46,628 nt of DNA from a virus: the IMG/VR virus record IMGVR_UViG_3300012922_000002; one strand, 5' to 3'. Made by a program: the position numbers and the translations under genes. Below, in pieces: positions 15,707-24,900 of the stretch (positions are counted from its first letter, which is position 1; each line of letters starts with the position of its first letter). The notes under the pieces are model-generated. The model ran no database searches and was not told the DNA's origin. It saw only the letters and a list, made by a program, of their open reading frames with translations.

Positions 15707-16077
15707 GAGGAACAGAGAGCATGCTTGACGAAACGTTCAAGGCTGAGTGGATCGCTGCGCTTGAGTCGGAAGAGTACACTCAGGGCCACAACAGGTTGTG
15801 GGAGCAGTCTGCTCCTGGCAAGACGATGTGTTGCCTTGGGGTTGCTGGCGATCTTCTGGTGAAGGCTGGGAAGGCTCAGTGGGATGGAGGTACGTTGGTG
15901 GACCCGAACGCATCCCAGGAAGCTGTTGACGAAGGGCACAGTTCGTCTTCCGGGTATCTCCCCCGGAGCCTTTGTACGTTGATTGGGCTTAGCGCGCAAC
16001 ACGGGGACGAGCTCGCACGGACGAACGATCAGTCCGTCTCTTTCGCACCGGTTATCGAGCGGATTTGGGGGCTGTAG
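15703..16077 (+). CDS. hypothetical protein (124 aa)
   Basis: GTGA overlap with the polymerase stop (alternative ATG at 15721). Confidence 0.7.
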   Translation: MRGTESMLDETFKAEWIAALESEEYTQGHNRLWEQSAPGKTMCCLGVAGDLLVKAGKAQWDGGTLVDPNASQEAVDEGHSSSSGYLPRSLCTLIGLSAQHGDELARTNDQSVSFAPVIERIWGL

Positions 16078-16079
16078 TT

Positions 16080-16424
16080 ATGTGGATGTATTTCGAGCCG
16101 GAGAAGCATGGGTTGGTCCACGTCACGGCTGTTGACTGGCTCGCTGGAGAAGGTTGCTACGAGTGGGATGAAACCACGGTTTTGTGGTCGCCTAAGAACA
16201 AGCTCTTCTACTGGGAGAGTGGTTCCGGGTGCTCGTGTAACGGACCTCTCGACGACGTGGACAGCATCGACGAACTGGAAAGCGGTACATTCTGGGATCT
16301 GGTGATTGATCTCCAGGGAGTTCTGACGGAGTATGCGGAATCCAGCCGTAAGGACGCTGTTTCTGCCGAGGTAACAGACAGCATCGGCGTAGCACTCAAG
16401 GTATGGGATAGCCGCAATGACTGA
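16080..16424 (+). CDS. hypothetical protein (114 aa)
   Basis: ATG 3 nt after the upstream stop (track start is GTG 16065). WESGSGCSCNGPLDD motif. Confidence 0.7.
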   Translation: MWMYFEPEKHGLVHVTAVDWLAGEGCYEWDETTVLWSPKNKLFYWESGSGCSCNGPLDDVDSIDELESGTFWDLVIDLQGVLTEYAESSRKDAVSAEVTDSIGVALKVWDSRND

Positions 16425-16938
16425 GTTCAAACCGGGCGATTATGTATCGGGCCCTCATTGGCGTGGTGAAATGGCTTCCGGGTATCTTCTGCCCAAGGGA
16501 CAAATTCATGAGGGTGCGCGCGAACGTTCGATTGCGCCACGGATCGACGGATACGATTTTAGCGGGACGAATAACTGCTCGTTCAACTACATCCATGAAG
16601 AAACTATGCGGCACGCGGATGCCCCGAACACCGCCCCCGTTTCTCTCCCTGGGATTCTTTCTGTCCGAGCGTCTATTCTCCAAGAAGCAGAAACCCTAAT
16701 CACCGGGGATAGGAACAAAACCTACGGTTCTCCTACCGAGAACTTCGCCAACACTGCTGCGTTGTGGAACGTTCAGATCGGGCACAAGCTGAAGGAGCCT
16801 ATCACAGCTACTGAGGTGGCTTTGATGATGGCCCAGCTCAAATTAGCTCGGATGATCGCTCAGCCTAAGCGGGATAACTTTGTAGACGCCGTGGGGTATA
16901 TTGCCTGCGGAGCAGAATGTGAGGACTTTGATGAGTGA
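16417..16938 (+). CDS. conserved phage protein with GDRxxxYG domain (173 aa)
   Basis: ITGDRNKTYGSPTENF...ALMMAQLKLARM resembles a widespread phage domain of unknown function (I believe DUF6378; number from memory). Confidence 0.75.
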   Translation: MTEFKPGDYVSGPHWRGEMASGYLLPKGQIHEGARERSIAPRIDGYDFSGTNNCSFNYIHEETMRHADAPNTAPVSLPGILSVRASILQEAETLITGDRNKTYGSPTENFANTAALWNVQIGHKLKEPITATEVALMMAQLKLARMIAQPKRDNFVDAVGYIACGAECEDFDE

Positions 16939-17101
16939 ATACATCGAATTCGGGTACGCGTCTAGCTCCAATATCACGTTTCGCGGGACTTTAGGCTCGC
17001 GGATCACCCGGGAAGAATGGGACGAGTGGCCGCGTGAGGAGCAGAACGATTACCTCGCCGAGGAGCTTTTCAACTTGGTTGATATTTGGGTGGTGGACTA
17101 A
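16931..17101 (+). CDS. hypothetical small protein (56 aa)
   Basis: ATG with an 8-nt overlap. Part of track ORF 16901..17101. Confidence 0.6.
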   Translation: MSEYIEFGYASSSNITFRGTLGSRITREEWDEWPREEQNDYLAEELFNLVDIWVVD

Positions 17102-17307
17102 TGAGCGCTGAAATCTTCAATCTCGAAGATGGGGATTGGGTTTATGATAAAGGCGGTACTTACTTCGCGTATTGTAGCGATGGCACGTTGTACGTCGAGT
17201 CTCGGTCATCGACTCGGTGTTTGTCGCTGCTAATAGACGAAGTTCGGATTCTCCGGAATCTTCTCGGGAAGGAGATTCCTGATGGAACCCCCGAAACCCA
17301 GGAGTAA
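17101..17307 (+). CDS. hypothetical protein (68 aa)
   Basis: TAATG overlap start. Confidence 0.6.
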   Translation: MSAEIFNLEDGDWVYDKGGTYFAYCSDGTLYVESRSSTRCLSLLIDEVRILRNLLGKEIPDGTPETQE

Positions 17308-17611
17308 CCTGAAGTGGCTTGGTATCGACCTTGACGGTACGATCGCTGAGCCGTTGTGGACTCCTGATAACCCCACCAGCCGTATCGGTGATCCGATCCG
17401 ACGAAACACGTACAAGCTCCACGAAGCTCACGAGGCAGGATTCAAGCCGATTATCCACACAGCTCGACCCTGGACTGATTACGAAGCTATCGAGTTCTGG
17501 TTGAATTTGAACGCTATCCCGTTCAAAGCAATTCAGTGCGGCAAGCCTTTGTATGCTCTCTACGTGGACGATCGGGGCCGACATGAGTCGGCGGAAAGTT
17601 GGATACCGTGA
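17282..17611 (+). CDS. HAD-superfamily phosphatase / nucleotidase-like protein (109 aa)
   Basis: DxDxT motif GIDLDGTI near the N-terminus. YVDDRG near the C-terminus. Confidence 0.75.
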   Translation: MEPPKPRSNLKWLGIDLDGTIAEPLWTPDNPTSRIGDPIRRNTYKLHEAHEAGFKPIIHTARPWTDYEAIEFWLNLNAIPFKAIQCGKPLYALYVDDRGRHESAESWIP

Positions 17612-17703
17612 AGGCTGGTGAAGTTCTAGCTACGCTTTTTATGCTCCTCGGTTTGACCTGTATCCTGGTAGGAGTAATCTACGAATTGGTGGCGAGACTG
17701 TGA
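17608..17703 (+). CDS. 31-aa membrane mini-protein
   Basis: GTGA overlap. VKAGEVLATLFMLLGLTCILVGVIYELVARL. Confidence 0.5.
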   Translation: MKAGEVLATLFMLLGLTCILVGVIYELVARL

Positions 17704-17879
17704 TTAAGTTTCTTGAATACGCTGGTATGGGCTTATGGTTTGGATTCAACTTGTTTCATTTCGGAGGTACTGTGTACCTAGCTGCCAAGACTCGTAAGAG
17801 TTTGTGGACCCTGGTTCAGTTGGCGGTCGTTTCTGTGTCTGTTACGGGGTGGGTTCTGGTAGCTCCGAGCGTCTTCTAG
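17700..17879 (+). CDS. 59-aa two-TM membrane protein
   Basis: GTGA overlap. Two hydrophobic segments. Its TAG stop is the first triplet of twin-hairpin copy B. Confidence 0.55.
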   Translation: MIKFLEYAGMGLWFGFNLFHFGGTVYLAAKTRKSLWTLVQLAVVSVSVTGWVLVAPSVF

Positions 17880-17923
17880 ACCGACCGTAGGTCGGGCGTC
17901 TGTCAGCTTTGCTGACAGCCTAG
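17877..17923 (+). repeat. twin-hairpin element, copy B
   Basis: Identical to 338..385 except for one A missing from loop 1. Confidence 0.85.
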
Positions 17924-17948
17924 ACCATGACTGCTCACCCGTTTGGCG

Positions 17949-17984
17949 GTACCCCCTGGCTTCGGCCAGGGGTACTGTTGTTTT
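17949..17984 (+). terminator. strong intrinsic terminator
   Basis: GTACCCCCTGGC-TTCG-GCCAGGGGTAC forms 11 bp with one bulged C, followed by TGTTGTTTT. Confidence 0.75.
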
Positions 17985-18096
17985 ATGACCGAGACAGAGA
18001 CCTCCGCTTACTGGGCGTGGATCTTCACCAGCCCGGACAAAGAGGTAGTAGCAGAGCCTGTAGAGTCCATCGAAGACGACTGGCACCGATCGGGAG

Positions 18097-18291
18097 ATGA
18101 GTAGAGTGCAGGATCACGAGGCGCGTGAAGCGCTTGGTTTGGTATTACTTAGTCTCGAAAATCTCGTGGAAGCAAACAAGCAACTCCGCAATCGAGTGAA
18201 GAACCTGGAATTGCTTGTAGCAGACCGTGTGATCACCCCAGAAGAGAAGGTTGCTTCTGCCGACCGCTGGCGGAATTCTAGGTCGAAGTAG
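18097..18291 (+). CDS. hypothetical coiled-coil protein (64 aa)
   Basis: ORF track (alternative GTG at 18106 has better RBS spacing). Confidence 0.65.
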   Translation: MSRVQDHEAREALGLVLLSLENLVEANKQLRNRVKNLELLVADRVITPEEKVASADRWRNSRSK

Positions 18292-18462
18292 ATGCCAAAA
18301 AGCAGCGACCCGCAGCGAGCAGGCGGGCGGTACATGGTCCGGTGGATCGACGATAAAGGCAAAACACATTCAGCCGAGCGAGCTACTATAGGACAAGCTC
18401 GGAAGCTGATGCAACACCGCAAGGCTCAAGGCTTCACAGCATGGATGAATCCGATTAAGTGA
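18292..18462 (+). CDS. small basic protein (56 aa), possible AP2/Arm-like DNA-binding fold
   Basis: RYMVRWIDDKGKTHSAERATIGQARKL resembles integrase N-terminal AP2-like domains. Weak inference. Confidence 0.5.
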   Translation: MPKSSDPQRAGGRYMVRWIDDKGKTHSAERATIGQARKLMQHRKAQGFTAWMNPIK

Positions 18463-18740
18463 GAGGGAATGTCGTGGGTCTGAAAGATGTGTTCAAAAGT
18501 GGCGACTGGAAACGCCCTATGGGCAAGTCGTACCACGGTGGCAATGCTTTCGAGGGGCGCGGGTCCAGCCCTGCTGATGCGGCTGCTAAGTCGGAGGCTC
18601 GCAAGCTGAAGCGCGAAGTCAGGGCTGCCGAGGGTCGCATCCGTGGCTGTAAGAAGTGTTCCAAAATCTCCGGTACCTCAGAAGGCGGAGTCTGCCGGAA
18701 GCATATCAAGGACGCGAGCTTCATTGCGAATAACAGCTGA
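18459..18740 (+). CDS. hypothetical basic protein (93 aa)
   Basis: GTGA overlap. ORF track. Confidence 0.65.
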   Translation: MRGNVVGLKDVFKSGDWKRPMGKSYHGGNAFEGRGSSPADAAAKSEARKLKREVRAAEGRIRGCKKCSKISGTSEGGVCRKHIKDASFIANNS

Positions 18741-18892
18741 TGCCTATGAGCCTGAGCGGGTTGAGTATAGAATACTTGTATGATACGCTGAGGACGCTGG
18801 AACAAGCGAACAAGACAAAGCCCCAACGCAAGGTTATGAGGCGTATCGTGGCTATCAAAACAGAACTTCGACGGAGAGGGCGGTTGGTGTAA
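18740..18892 (+). CDS. hypothetical small protein (50 aa)
   Basis: TGATG overlap start and TAATG overlap end. Confidence 0.5.
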   Translation: MPMSLSGLSIEYLYDTLRTLEQANKTKPQRKVMRRIVAIKTELRRRGRLV

Positions 18893-19047
18893 TGGCCCGC
18901 AAGATGCCCTATGGGTTCTATTTCGACCCTAACGGTCGTAAACGTACGTACGGCGGTATGAAGCCAGTCGCTAAACCGGAGCATGTGAAGTCCGAAGCTG
19001 TCCCACCTGTAAATCCTGGGCGCACAGGCACTCGGGGTAAACGATGA
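18892..19047 (+). CDS. hypothetical small basic protein (51 aa)
   Basis: Start and stop are coupled to both neighbouring genes. Confidence 0.5.
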   Translation: MARKMPYGFYFDPNGRKRTYGGMKPVAKPEHVKSEAVPPVNPGRTGTRGKR

Positions 19048-19193
19048 CTCTCAGATTCCGCCTGGTCAAGGACCAGATCTCCCCACCGAAACGGCGTTAT
19101 TATTGTATGCTGGTAGACTCACGAGGTTTGGTTTGCAAAGAGCATTTTGCTACTAGGCTTCTCCGAAAAGCTCACCAAAGGTGGTATCATTAA
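19044..19193 (+). CDS. hypothetical small basic protein (49 aa)
   Basis: ATGA overlap start and TAATG overlap end. Confidence 0.5.
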   Translation: MTLRFRLVKDQISPPKRRYYCMLVDSRGLVCKEHFATRLLRKAHQRWYH

Positions 19194-19381
19194 TGTCTGG
19201 TACCTCAGGCGGCAACTATCGCAAGTGGGCTAAGCATCCTTACTCGGTCAAGTTCCGGTTGAGGAACGGGACCACCACCGAGAAGAAATTCGAGTCCAGA
19301 TCAGACCGCAACCGCGAGGCAGCAGCCTTACGCGATCGGTACGGTGACCAGATCGTATGGCTAAAGATTAAGGACAAGTGA
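19193..19381 (+). CDS. hypothetical protein (62 aa)
   Basis: ATG inside track ORF 19181..19381. Confidence 0.6.
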   Translation: MSGTSGGNYRKWAKHPYSVKFRLRNGTTTEKKFESRSDRNREAAALRDRYGDQIVWLKIKDK

Positions 19382-19539
19382 TGGCTAAGAAGAATCCAGA
19401 CGAGGAAGCAGCCCGGAAACGGGCGAAGGCACTAGCCAAAGCCGAGAAGAAAGAGGATAAGCGGATCAACAGGTTGGCCAAGAAAAACAAGGGCCTATCC
19501 AACGATGAGAAGTTTAAGAAGTGGTTGGACGAAGACTGA
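19381..19539 (+). CDS. hypothetical Lys-rich small protein (52 aa)
   Basis: TGATG overlap. Last gene of the plus-strand arm. Confidence 0.55.
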   Translation: MAKKNPDEEAARKRAKALAKAEKKEDKRINRLAKKNKGLSNDEKFKKWLDED

Positions 19540-19545
19540 AGATAT

Positions 19546-19589
19546 GAAAAAGCCCCCTCTCGCGTGAGCGAGAGGGGGTTCTGTATTTT
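19546..19589. terminator. bidirectional intrinsic terminator between the convergent arms
   Basis: AAAAAG-CCCCCTCTCGC-GTGA-GCGAGAGGGGG-TTCTGTATTTT: an 11-bp GC-rich stem with A/T runs on both sides. Confidence 0.8.
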
Positions 19590-19595
19590 CCGGGA

Positions 19596-19781
19596 TTAAA
19601 CTACAGGCTTGTCCTTGTTCTTCGGGCCGAGGAGCACAGCGAGCAGAGCAACCACTCCGCCGACTCCAGCGGCCACACCAGCCGGGAGATCCGGGAACAG
19701 CGTGTCTACACCACCAGCGGCGACAACAGCACCCACAAGAGCGCTGAGAGCCTTCTTGAACCTAGCGAGATACGACACCAT
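19596..19781 (-). CDS. small membrane protein, holin-like (61 aa)
   Basis: Two Ala/Gly/Val-rich hydrophobic segments and a Lys-rich tail. Directly downstream of the endolysin. Confidence 0.6.
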   Translation of the reverse strand: MVSYLARFKKALSALVGAVVAAGGVDTLFPDLPAGVAAGVGGVVALLAVLLGPKNKDKPVV

Positions 19782-20611
19782 TAGCTAGCCAACCTTCGTT
19801 CGAATTCGTCAGCGACGGCTGCCGCCAGCGTGGGACCGACCAGGGCAGCCACCTTGGCCGCTAGGGCGTCCAGGTCGACTGTAGGCGTGCTCAGAGCGTC
19901 CAGCTTGGCCTTGAGAGCCGCATCGTTGTTCAGCAGCGTGTTGAGCACGTTAGCCGCGTTGATCGAGGTGTTCGGCGCGTGTACTGGATCCAGGGTCAGA
20001 AGAGGGTCTCTCCAGACTTTGTACACATCCTGATCTGTTAGTGCCACGTCATTTCCTTCCTGAGAAATCACAAGGTTTCGGTCGCACAAGATCCCGCCGA
20101 CTGTAACCTGAGTATTATTGTCTTGCCAGTAATTCGCCGCTGGGCTCAGTGCGGATCGGGCTCCCGCTTGCCAAAAAGCAGAAGCGTGTCCTTGAGCAGT
20201 ATCAATAGCGTTGCGGAAACCATATGCACCGACTTGGTCTAAACCGAGTACAGACACAGCTCCATCGAGATAAGCTCGCCAGATTGTCGGATCGGGTACC
20301 GTAGTCCGGTCGTTAGTGAAAAAGATCCTCCCGTGATACCCGAGATAATCAGCACCAGCCTTAGCCCGCTGAGCGTAAGCCACCCCGCGTGCGTAGCCAC
20401 CATCCGCGTCTGTGGTGTTTACTTGCATCACCAAGCGTACGATCAAGCCTTGTGCGATATGGTCTTTGTATTCAGACAAACTAGTATGCTTGGTGCTTAG
20501 ATTAAGAGGGGAGTCGATATACCGAATTACCCCGTTATAGCCGTTTGCCCGGATCGTTGCTCCGGAGATTTTTCCGGCGGAATAGTCGAGGAAGTACATT
20601 CGTCGCTCCAT
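19781..20611 (-). CDS. endolysin, glycoside-hydrolase-like (DUF1906/Rv2525c-type) domain (276 aa)
   Basis: YFLDYSAGK...GVIRYI...IFFTNDR...AYGF pattern. Position next to membrane proteins at the end of the tail module. Confidence 0.7.
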   Translation of the reverse strand: MERRMYFLDYSAGKISGATIRANGYNGVIRYIDSPLNLSTKHTSLSEYKDHIAQGLIVRLVMQVNTTDADGGYARGVAYAQRAKAGADYLGYHGRIFFTNDRTTVPDPTIWRAYLDGAVSVLGLDQVGAYGFRNAIDTAQGHASAFWQAGARSALSPAANYWQDNNTQVTVGGILCDRNLVISQEGNDVALTDQDVYKVWRDPLLTLDPVHAPNTSINAANVLNTLLNNDAALKAKLDALSTPTVDLDALAAKVAALVGPTLAAAVADEFERRLAS

Positions 20612-20751
20612 TCCTCTCTGATTTTGTTAAGCCTGTCTAAAACAGGCTGCGAGATACGTTCTATACGAGTGATCTGTGAGTGAACAGTTTGAGCATCTTT
20701 CAAAGCACTGTTCGCCTCAGTGCATCCGGACTTTCTCTTTCGACCAAACAT
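20527..20751 (-). CDS. hypothetical protein (74 aa), overlaps the endolysin start by 85 nt
   Basis: ORF track only. The unusual overlap lowers confidence. Confidence 0.4.
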   Translation of the reverse strand: MFGRKRKSGCTEANSALKDAQTVHSQITRIERISQPVLDRLNKIREEWSDECTSSTIPPEKSPEQRSGQTAITG

Positions 20752-20752
20752 A

Positions 20753-21016
20753 CTAGTCCTTCCGGATAAACTGAGTGCTGATGCTTTTCATCACTTGTTC
20801 AGTGACCTCGGCGGTGATTTGCTGCCGGATAAGCAGACTGGATTGTGTGTCGAAAGCCTGCTTCATAGTGTCGTGAGCTTTCTTCCACGTATCCGCTTCT
20901 AGCTCCGCTCTGTCAACCCGAGAGGCGGGAACAAGCTTTCCTAGCAGAATCAAGCCCAGTAGACTGACAAATCCTGTCCCGACCACGCCGACAACAGCAG
21001 ACCAGACCCCATCCAT
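20753..21016 (-). CDS. membrane protein with N-terminal TM and coiled coil (87 aa), lysis-associated
   Basis: WSAVVGVVGTGFVSLLGLILLGKL TM segment. Position in the lysis cassette. Confidence 0.6.
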   Translation of the reverse strand: MDGVWSAVVGVVGTGFVSLLGLILLGKLVPASRVDRAELEADTWKKAHDTMKQAFDTQSSLLIRQQITAEVTEQVMKSISTQFIRKD

Positions 21017-21025
21017 ACATGCCTC

Positions 21026-21604
21026 CTAGGTAGACGAAGTCTGATAAATAGCAGAGATGTAAGACCCACCGAACCCAGTCTGGGTGTTTCGTGCGGCACC
21101 CGAAGTCTGGACAGCCACGAGAAACACCGTGGCACCTGCCGCCAGGTTAACCAGACAAGACACGTTTCCTGCCGGACCACAGTTGCTTGTAGACATGTTT
21201 GCTGCGCCCGCAGCAACCGCGTTAGACGCGGGTACAGCTCCGTTCACACAAAGGTAGCAGCCGCCAGTCTGAGCCGTAGTCATACCCGCTACGTTGACAT
21301 AAAATGTCTGACCTTGGAGGAGGTAAATCCCGGCATGCTGGATAGTCAACTGAGTAGGCGCACCAGAAGACCACATAGAGTCCGTGTTTACCACCGCAGT
21401 CTGAAACGTCATTGTAGCGTTGGCGTTATCCGCGATAGATTGGAGCGTAGTCTGACGAATCAACGCACAAGGTTTTTGCGAGTTGAAACTAGCCTGACCG
21501 TATGTATACAAGTTGGTGAGGTTGGATCCCAGCGCGTTCAGATCCGTGGCGTGAACCACGGTACCATCGGTGAAAACTGGGATAGCTGGAGTGGGCACAG
21601 ACAT
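21026..21604 (-). CDS. minor tail / fibre-like protein (192 aa)
   Basis: Position after the large tail protein. N-terminal PVFTDGTVVHATDLNALGSNL is typical of actinophage minor tail proteins. Confidence 0.7.
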   Translation of the reverse strand: MSVPTPAIPVFTDGTVVHATDLNALGSNLTNLYTYGQASFNSQKPCALIRQTTLQSIADNANATMTFQTAVVNTDSMWSSGAPTQLTIQHAGIYLLQGQTFYVNVAGMTTAQTGGCYLCVNGAVPASNAVAAGAANMSTSNCGPAGNVSCLVNLAAGATVFLVAVQTSGAARNTQTGFGGSYISAIYQTSST

Positions 21605-21628
21605 AAGAAGGGGCGCTCCTGTCTTATC

Positions 21629-21925
21629 TTATGGGGCGAGCGTATGCCCAGCTGTGAATGTTGCGTTGTCGATAGGGGTAGAAACTCCGTCAGTTCCGTA
21701 AGAAGGATTGCCGGTAGTAGCAATACCCGAGGGTATCCATCCGTTCAGAGGCACATAAACTCCGTTCGGTCCCGGTCCAGACGCCCCGAATAGAACAAGC
21801 CCCGTTTCCTGGGTACTCGAGAACACAAGCCATCCCACCGGAGACAAAGCCGTTTGGATAGCCGACAGATTAGATCCAGTCCACTGAATAGCCGTGATCT
21901 TACCATTGACTGTAAAGTCAGACAC
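21629..21925 (-). CDS. minor tail protein (98 aa)
   Basis: Position only. ORF track. Confidence 0.6.
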   Translation of the reverse strand: MSDFTVNGKITAIQWTGSNLSAIQTALSPVGWLVFSSTQETGLVLFGASGPGPNGVYVPLNGWIPSGIATTGNPSYGTDGVSTPIDNATFTAGHTLAP

Positions 21926-21938
21926 ATTTATCCTTTGA

Positions 21939-24900
21939 TTAGTAAACTGTCACAGTAGTTGTACCTAGGACACCGTAGGTAGAATCACCGAGGATCCACG
22001 CTACGGGGTTAAATACCGGGGACAATTGGTAACTTACGGTCCATGACGATTCTGAGCCGTCTACCGAATGCGAGACTTGCTCGATGTAATAGTCTCCGGT
22101 AATAATCGTTCCGGGGGCGGTTCTACGGGTTACTGTTATCCGCTCACCGATATCCAGGGACAAAGCAGCCGTCCACAGATTAGGATTAGATCCCGGATTG
22201 ATAGTCAGCCTGTTGATACGCAACGGAGCTGTGGATCCGTTACCGCCCGGAGGCACTGCGTACCTTTTAGTAAAGAAGTTAGCCGCTTGCTGTACATCCC
22301 AATCATTAGCCATAAACATCTGCTGAGACAAAATACGTTGGCCGTAAGCTGTCTGAGACGTAGCATTGACCGAGGTGTAAACAACCCCTGAATCCGCTGT
22401 GAGATCCGCTTCGGAGTAGACATACGTCGGGTCGTAATCGTAGTCGACCTCTTCGTAGGGGAGTTCTCCGCCAGCAGCATTCTCACCGAATACATACTGG
22501 GCTGTCTTAGCGTTCAGATATCTAGTATCCCGGGCATCAAAGTTGATAAACCCACGAGCGTCCACCCACAACAGGCCACCCTCAGTGTTAGCAACCTCTT
22601 GGAGCGCCGAAAGTACTGACATAGGCGAGGACTGTTGCCCGGGAGATACGATCGGGTCGTAGTGGAAGTCTGAGGACATCTGAGTCTCACCGCTGGCAGT
22701 GATGATATTCGGAGACCAGTACTTGTTAAGAATCCTGGCGGCTCGAACCCCAGAGAGTTCTCCAAAATATCCGATACCACGTTGGTAGTGGTTATTAATT
22801 TGAGTTTGGGACAGTTGGATGCCGTTGTAAAACCCTGCGTTGGCCATAGAGAAGTTGGATGCGATATCGCCGAAATACGTGGAAGCGCTCACGAAGAAGG
22901 CGTTTAGGATTTGTCCCGGAGGATTACCCGCTCCGAATAGAGCGCCCCAAGAAGAAAGAGTGCTCCCATCGATAGACCATCTGCGGGAATAAACACTAGC
23001 TGGGAATCCCAACTGGAGTACTGCGTAATGCCACAGACCATCCGGTCGAATAACGTTGCCGTTTGCATCTAGAGGCGTGTTGTTAATACGAATAGTCGCG
23101 GTATCGTCCGTCCAGATCCAAGCCATTCTGGTGTCAGGGGAGTACTCGTACATACCAAAAGCACGTTGGGGAGTTTGGGACGTTGCCCCGAGCACCTCAC
23201 CAGGTTGCATTACTGCTGCTCCACCAGCACCCGCTGACCCGATCATCTTGAACCAAAACTCCATAGTGAAAGCGGCGGGGTTCAGGTACGTACTATACCC
23301 GTAGGTACTCAGCCAAGTGACCTGGTTTCCATTCCCAGAAGTGGGGGGGTTTACGTTGGTTTGAGCGAGCTGAACGGCATTAGACCCATCGAGGAAGCTA
23401 TCTCCCCCAAAAGTAACCGCCCCCGAGTTAGTTCCTAAAAGCTGGGTACCGGTTCCCGGAGAACCGCCCAAAGGAAGTTGCACCTTCTGAGGAAGCGCCG
23501 CGTCATTGTACGGTATAAACACATTCGGAGAATCCGCCAGGACAGTCTGCTGATAAGACTGATTGATAACCGCTCGTGAGAGCGGAGACAGCGCGTCGAC
23601 ACATTCCAGAGGTTTGATACCCCGGAACCCAGCAGAGTCCCACGTCTGGGGATAGCGTTCAATATACCCAGTATAAACTGGGTAGTACGTAGGTCCGGAA
23701 GTAGTAAACGCAGAAGCTGAGCTGCCTACTTCGAGCTGCATCGCGTCAAAAAACACAGTAGACGCGAACGTGCCCGAAGCCAGAGTCAGGATAATAGCCG
23801 TGATCGGAGTATTCGGAGTAGCAGTCATAGTCAACCGTTGCCACGCGCCAGTAGTCGATGACGTAGCTGTAGCTAGTGTTGTACCGATGCCGCCCGGGTT
23901 GTTATGCCACCGAACTTGTACAGTGTGGCTAGCCGCCACAAACACATAAATCGAAAGTGTGTATTGGATATTCGGTGAGGAGTAGATTGGGACTACTGCT
24001 AGGTCACCAGCGGTATTAAACACCACTGACATTGATTTAGCGCCGTCGAAATGTTGGGTTGCAGAAGTGGTGATTGTGGGCGCCCCTTGGAGCCCGAAGA
24101 ATCCGGACACCGTGGTTTCAAACGATGGGTCGTACGTCAGCGTGAGAGAACTTGGTACATAGTTAGTCGAATTAAGTAGATTACCAGCGATGTTTTTGGT
24201 CGCTGGGTTCCACCATGCGCCGTACTGTACACAACGATATGGGAGGAGTGAGTTTGGCCCTGTGTTCCAGGGAGAAGCTGTAGACGTGACATTAATCAGG
24301 GATACGTCATCCAAATACCAAATCTGACTAGCAGCCGGAGTACCAGACAACACAGGAACCACGGCCATAGTATTAGCCGCAGCAGGGGCTGTAAGCGTAT
24401 TCGTAAACTGAGTCCACGTAGCAGCAGCCACAGACACTGCGGCACCCAGCGTTGTGATATACGCTCCGGTGACATCAAAAAAGTTCACTGACAACGAGAA
24501 GTTGTTAGTAACCGCGTTGGTAAAATATACCCACGCGGATACAGTGACTTGGTTGCTACCGACAACTGGAAGAGTTTCCGAGTTAAAGTTGTCTTGAGAA
24601 GATGATCCGTTAGGAATCATCTTCCCGGAGAATGTGCCCGAGTGTTTCTGCGTAGATGATTGGCTTACCGTACCGCCAGCACCAGTCCAGGGGGAAATAC
24701 CCGATTCGAACGTGGAGTTAGAAAGCAGATTGGTAAACGTGCCCTTGTTCGTAGGGTTCAGATACTCTAATTGATCCGTGAGATTCGCCGAGAGACTGCC
24801 AGTCTGAACTTGATCCAATTCATACTGGCGCCCTCGCGTCGTCGAAATGCTACGGTTCGCAGTCTGGCCAGCTAGCAAGCTTACTGCGTTACCCCCCGGG

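Noticed and set aside
17985-18104. 39-aa ORF starting at the last base after the terminator U tract.
   Set aside because: It has no RBS and sits immediately on the terminator tail. It may be real but is unsupported. The region may instead hold a promoter.
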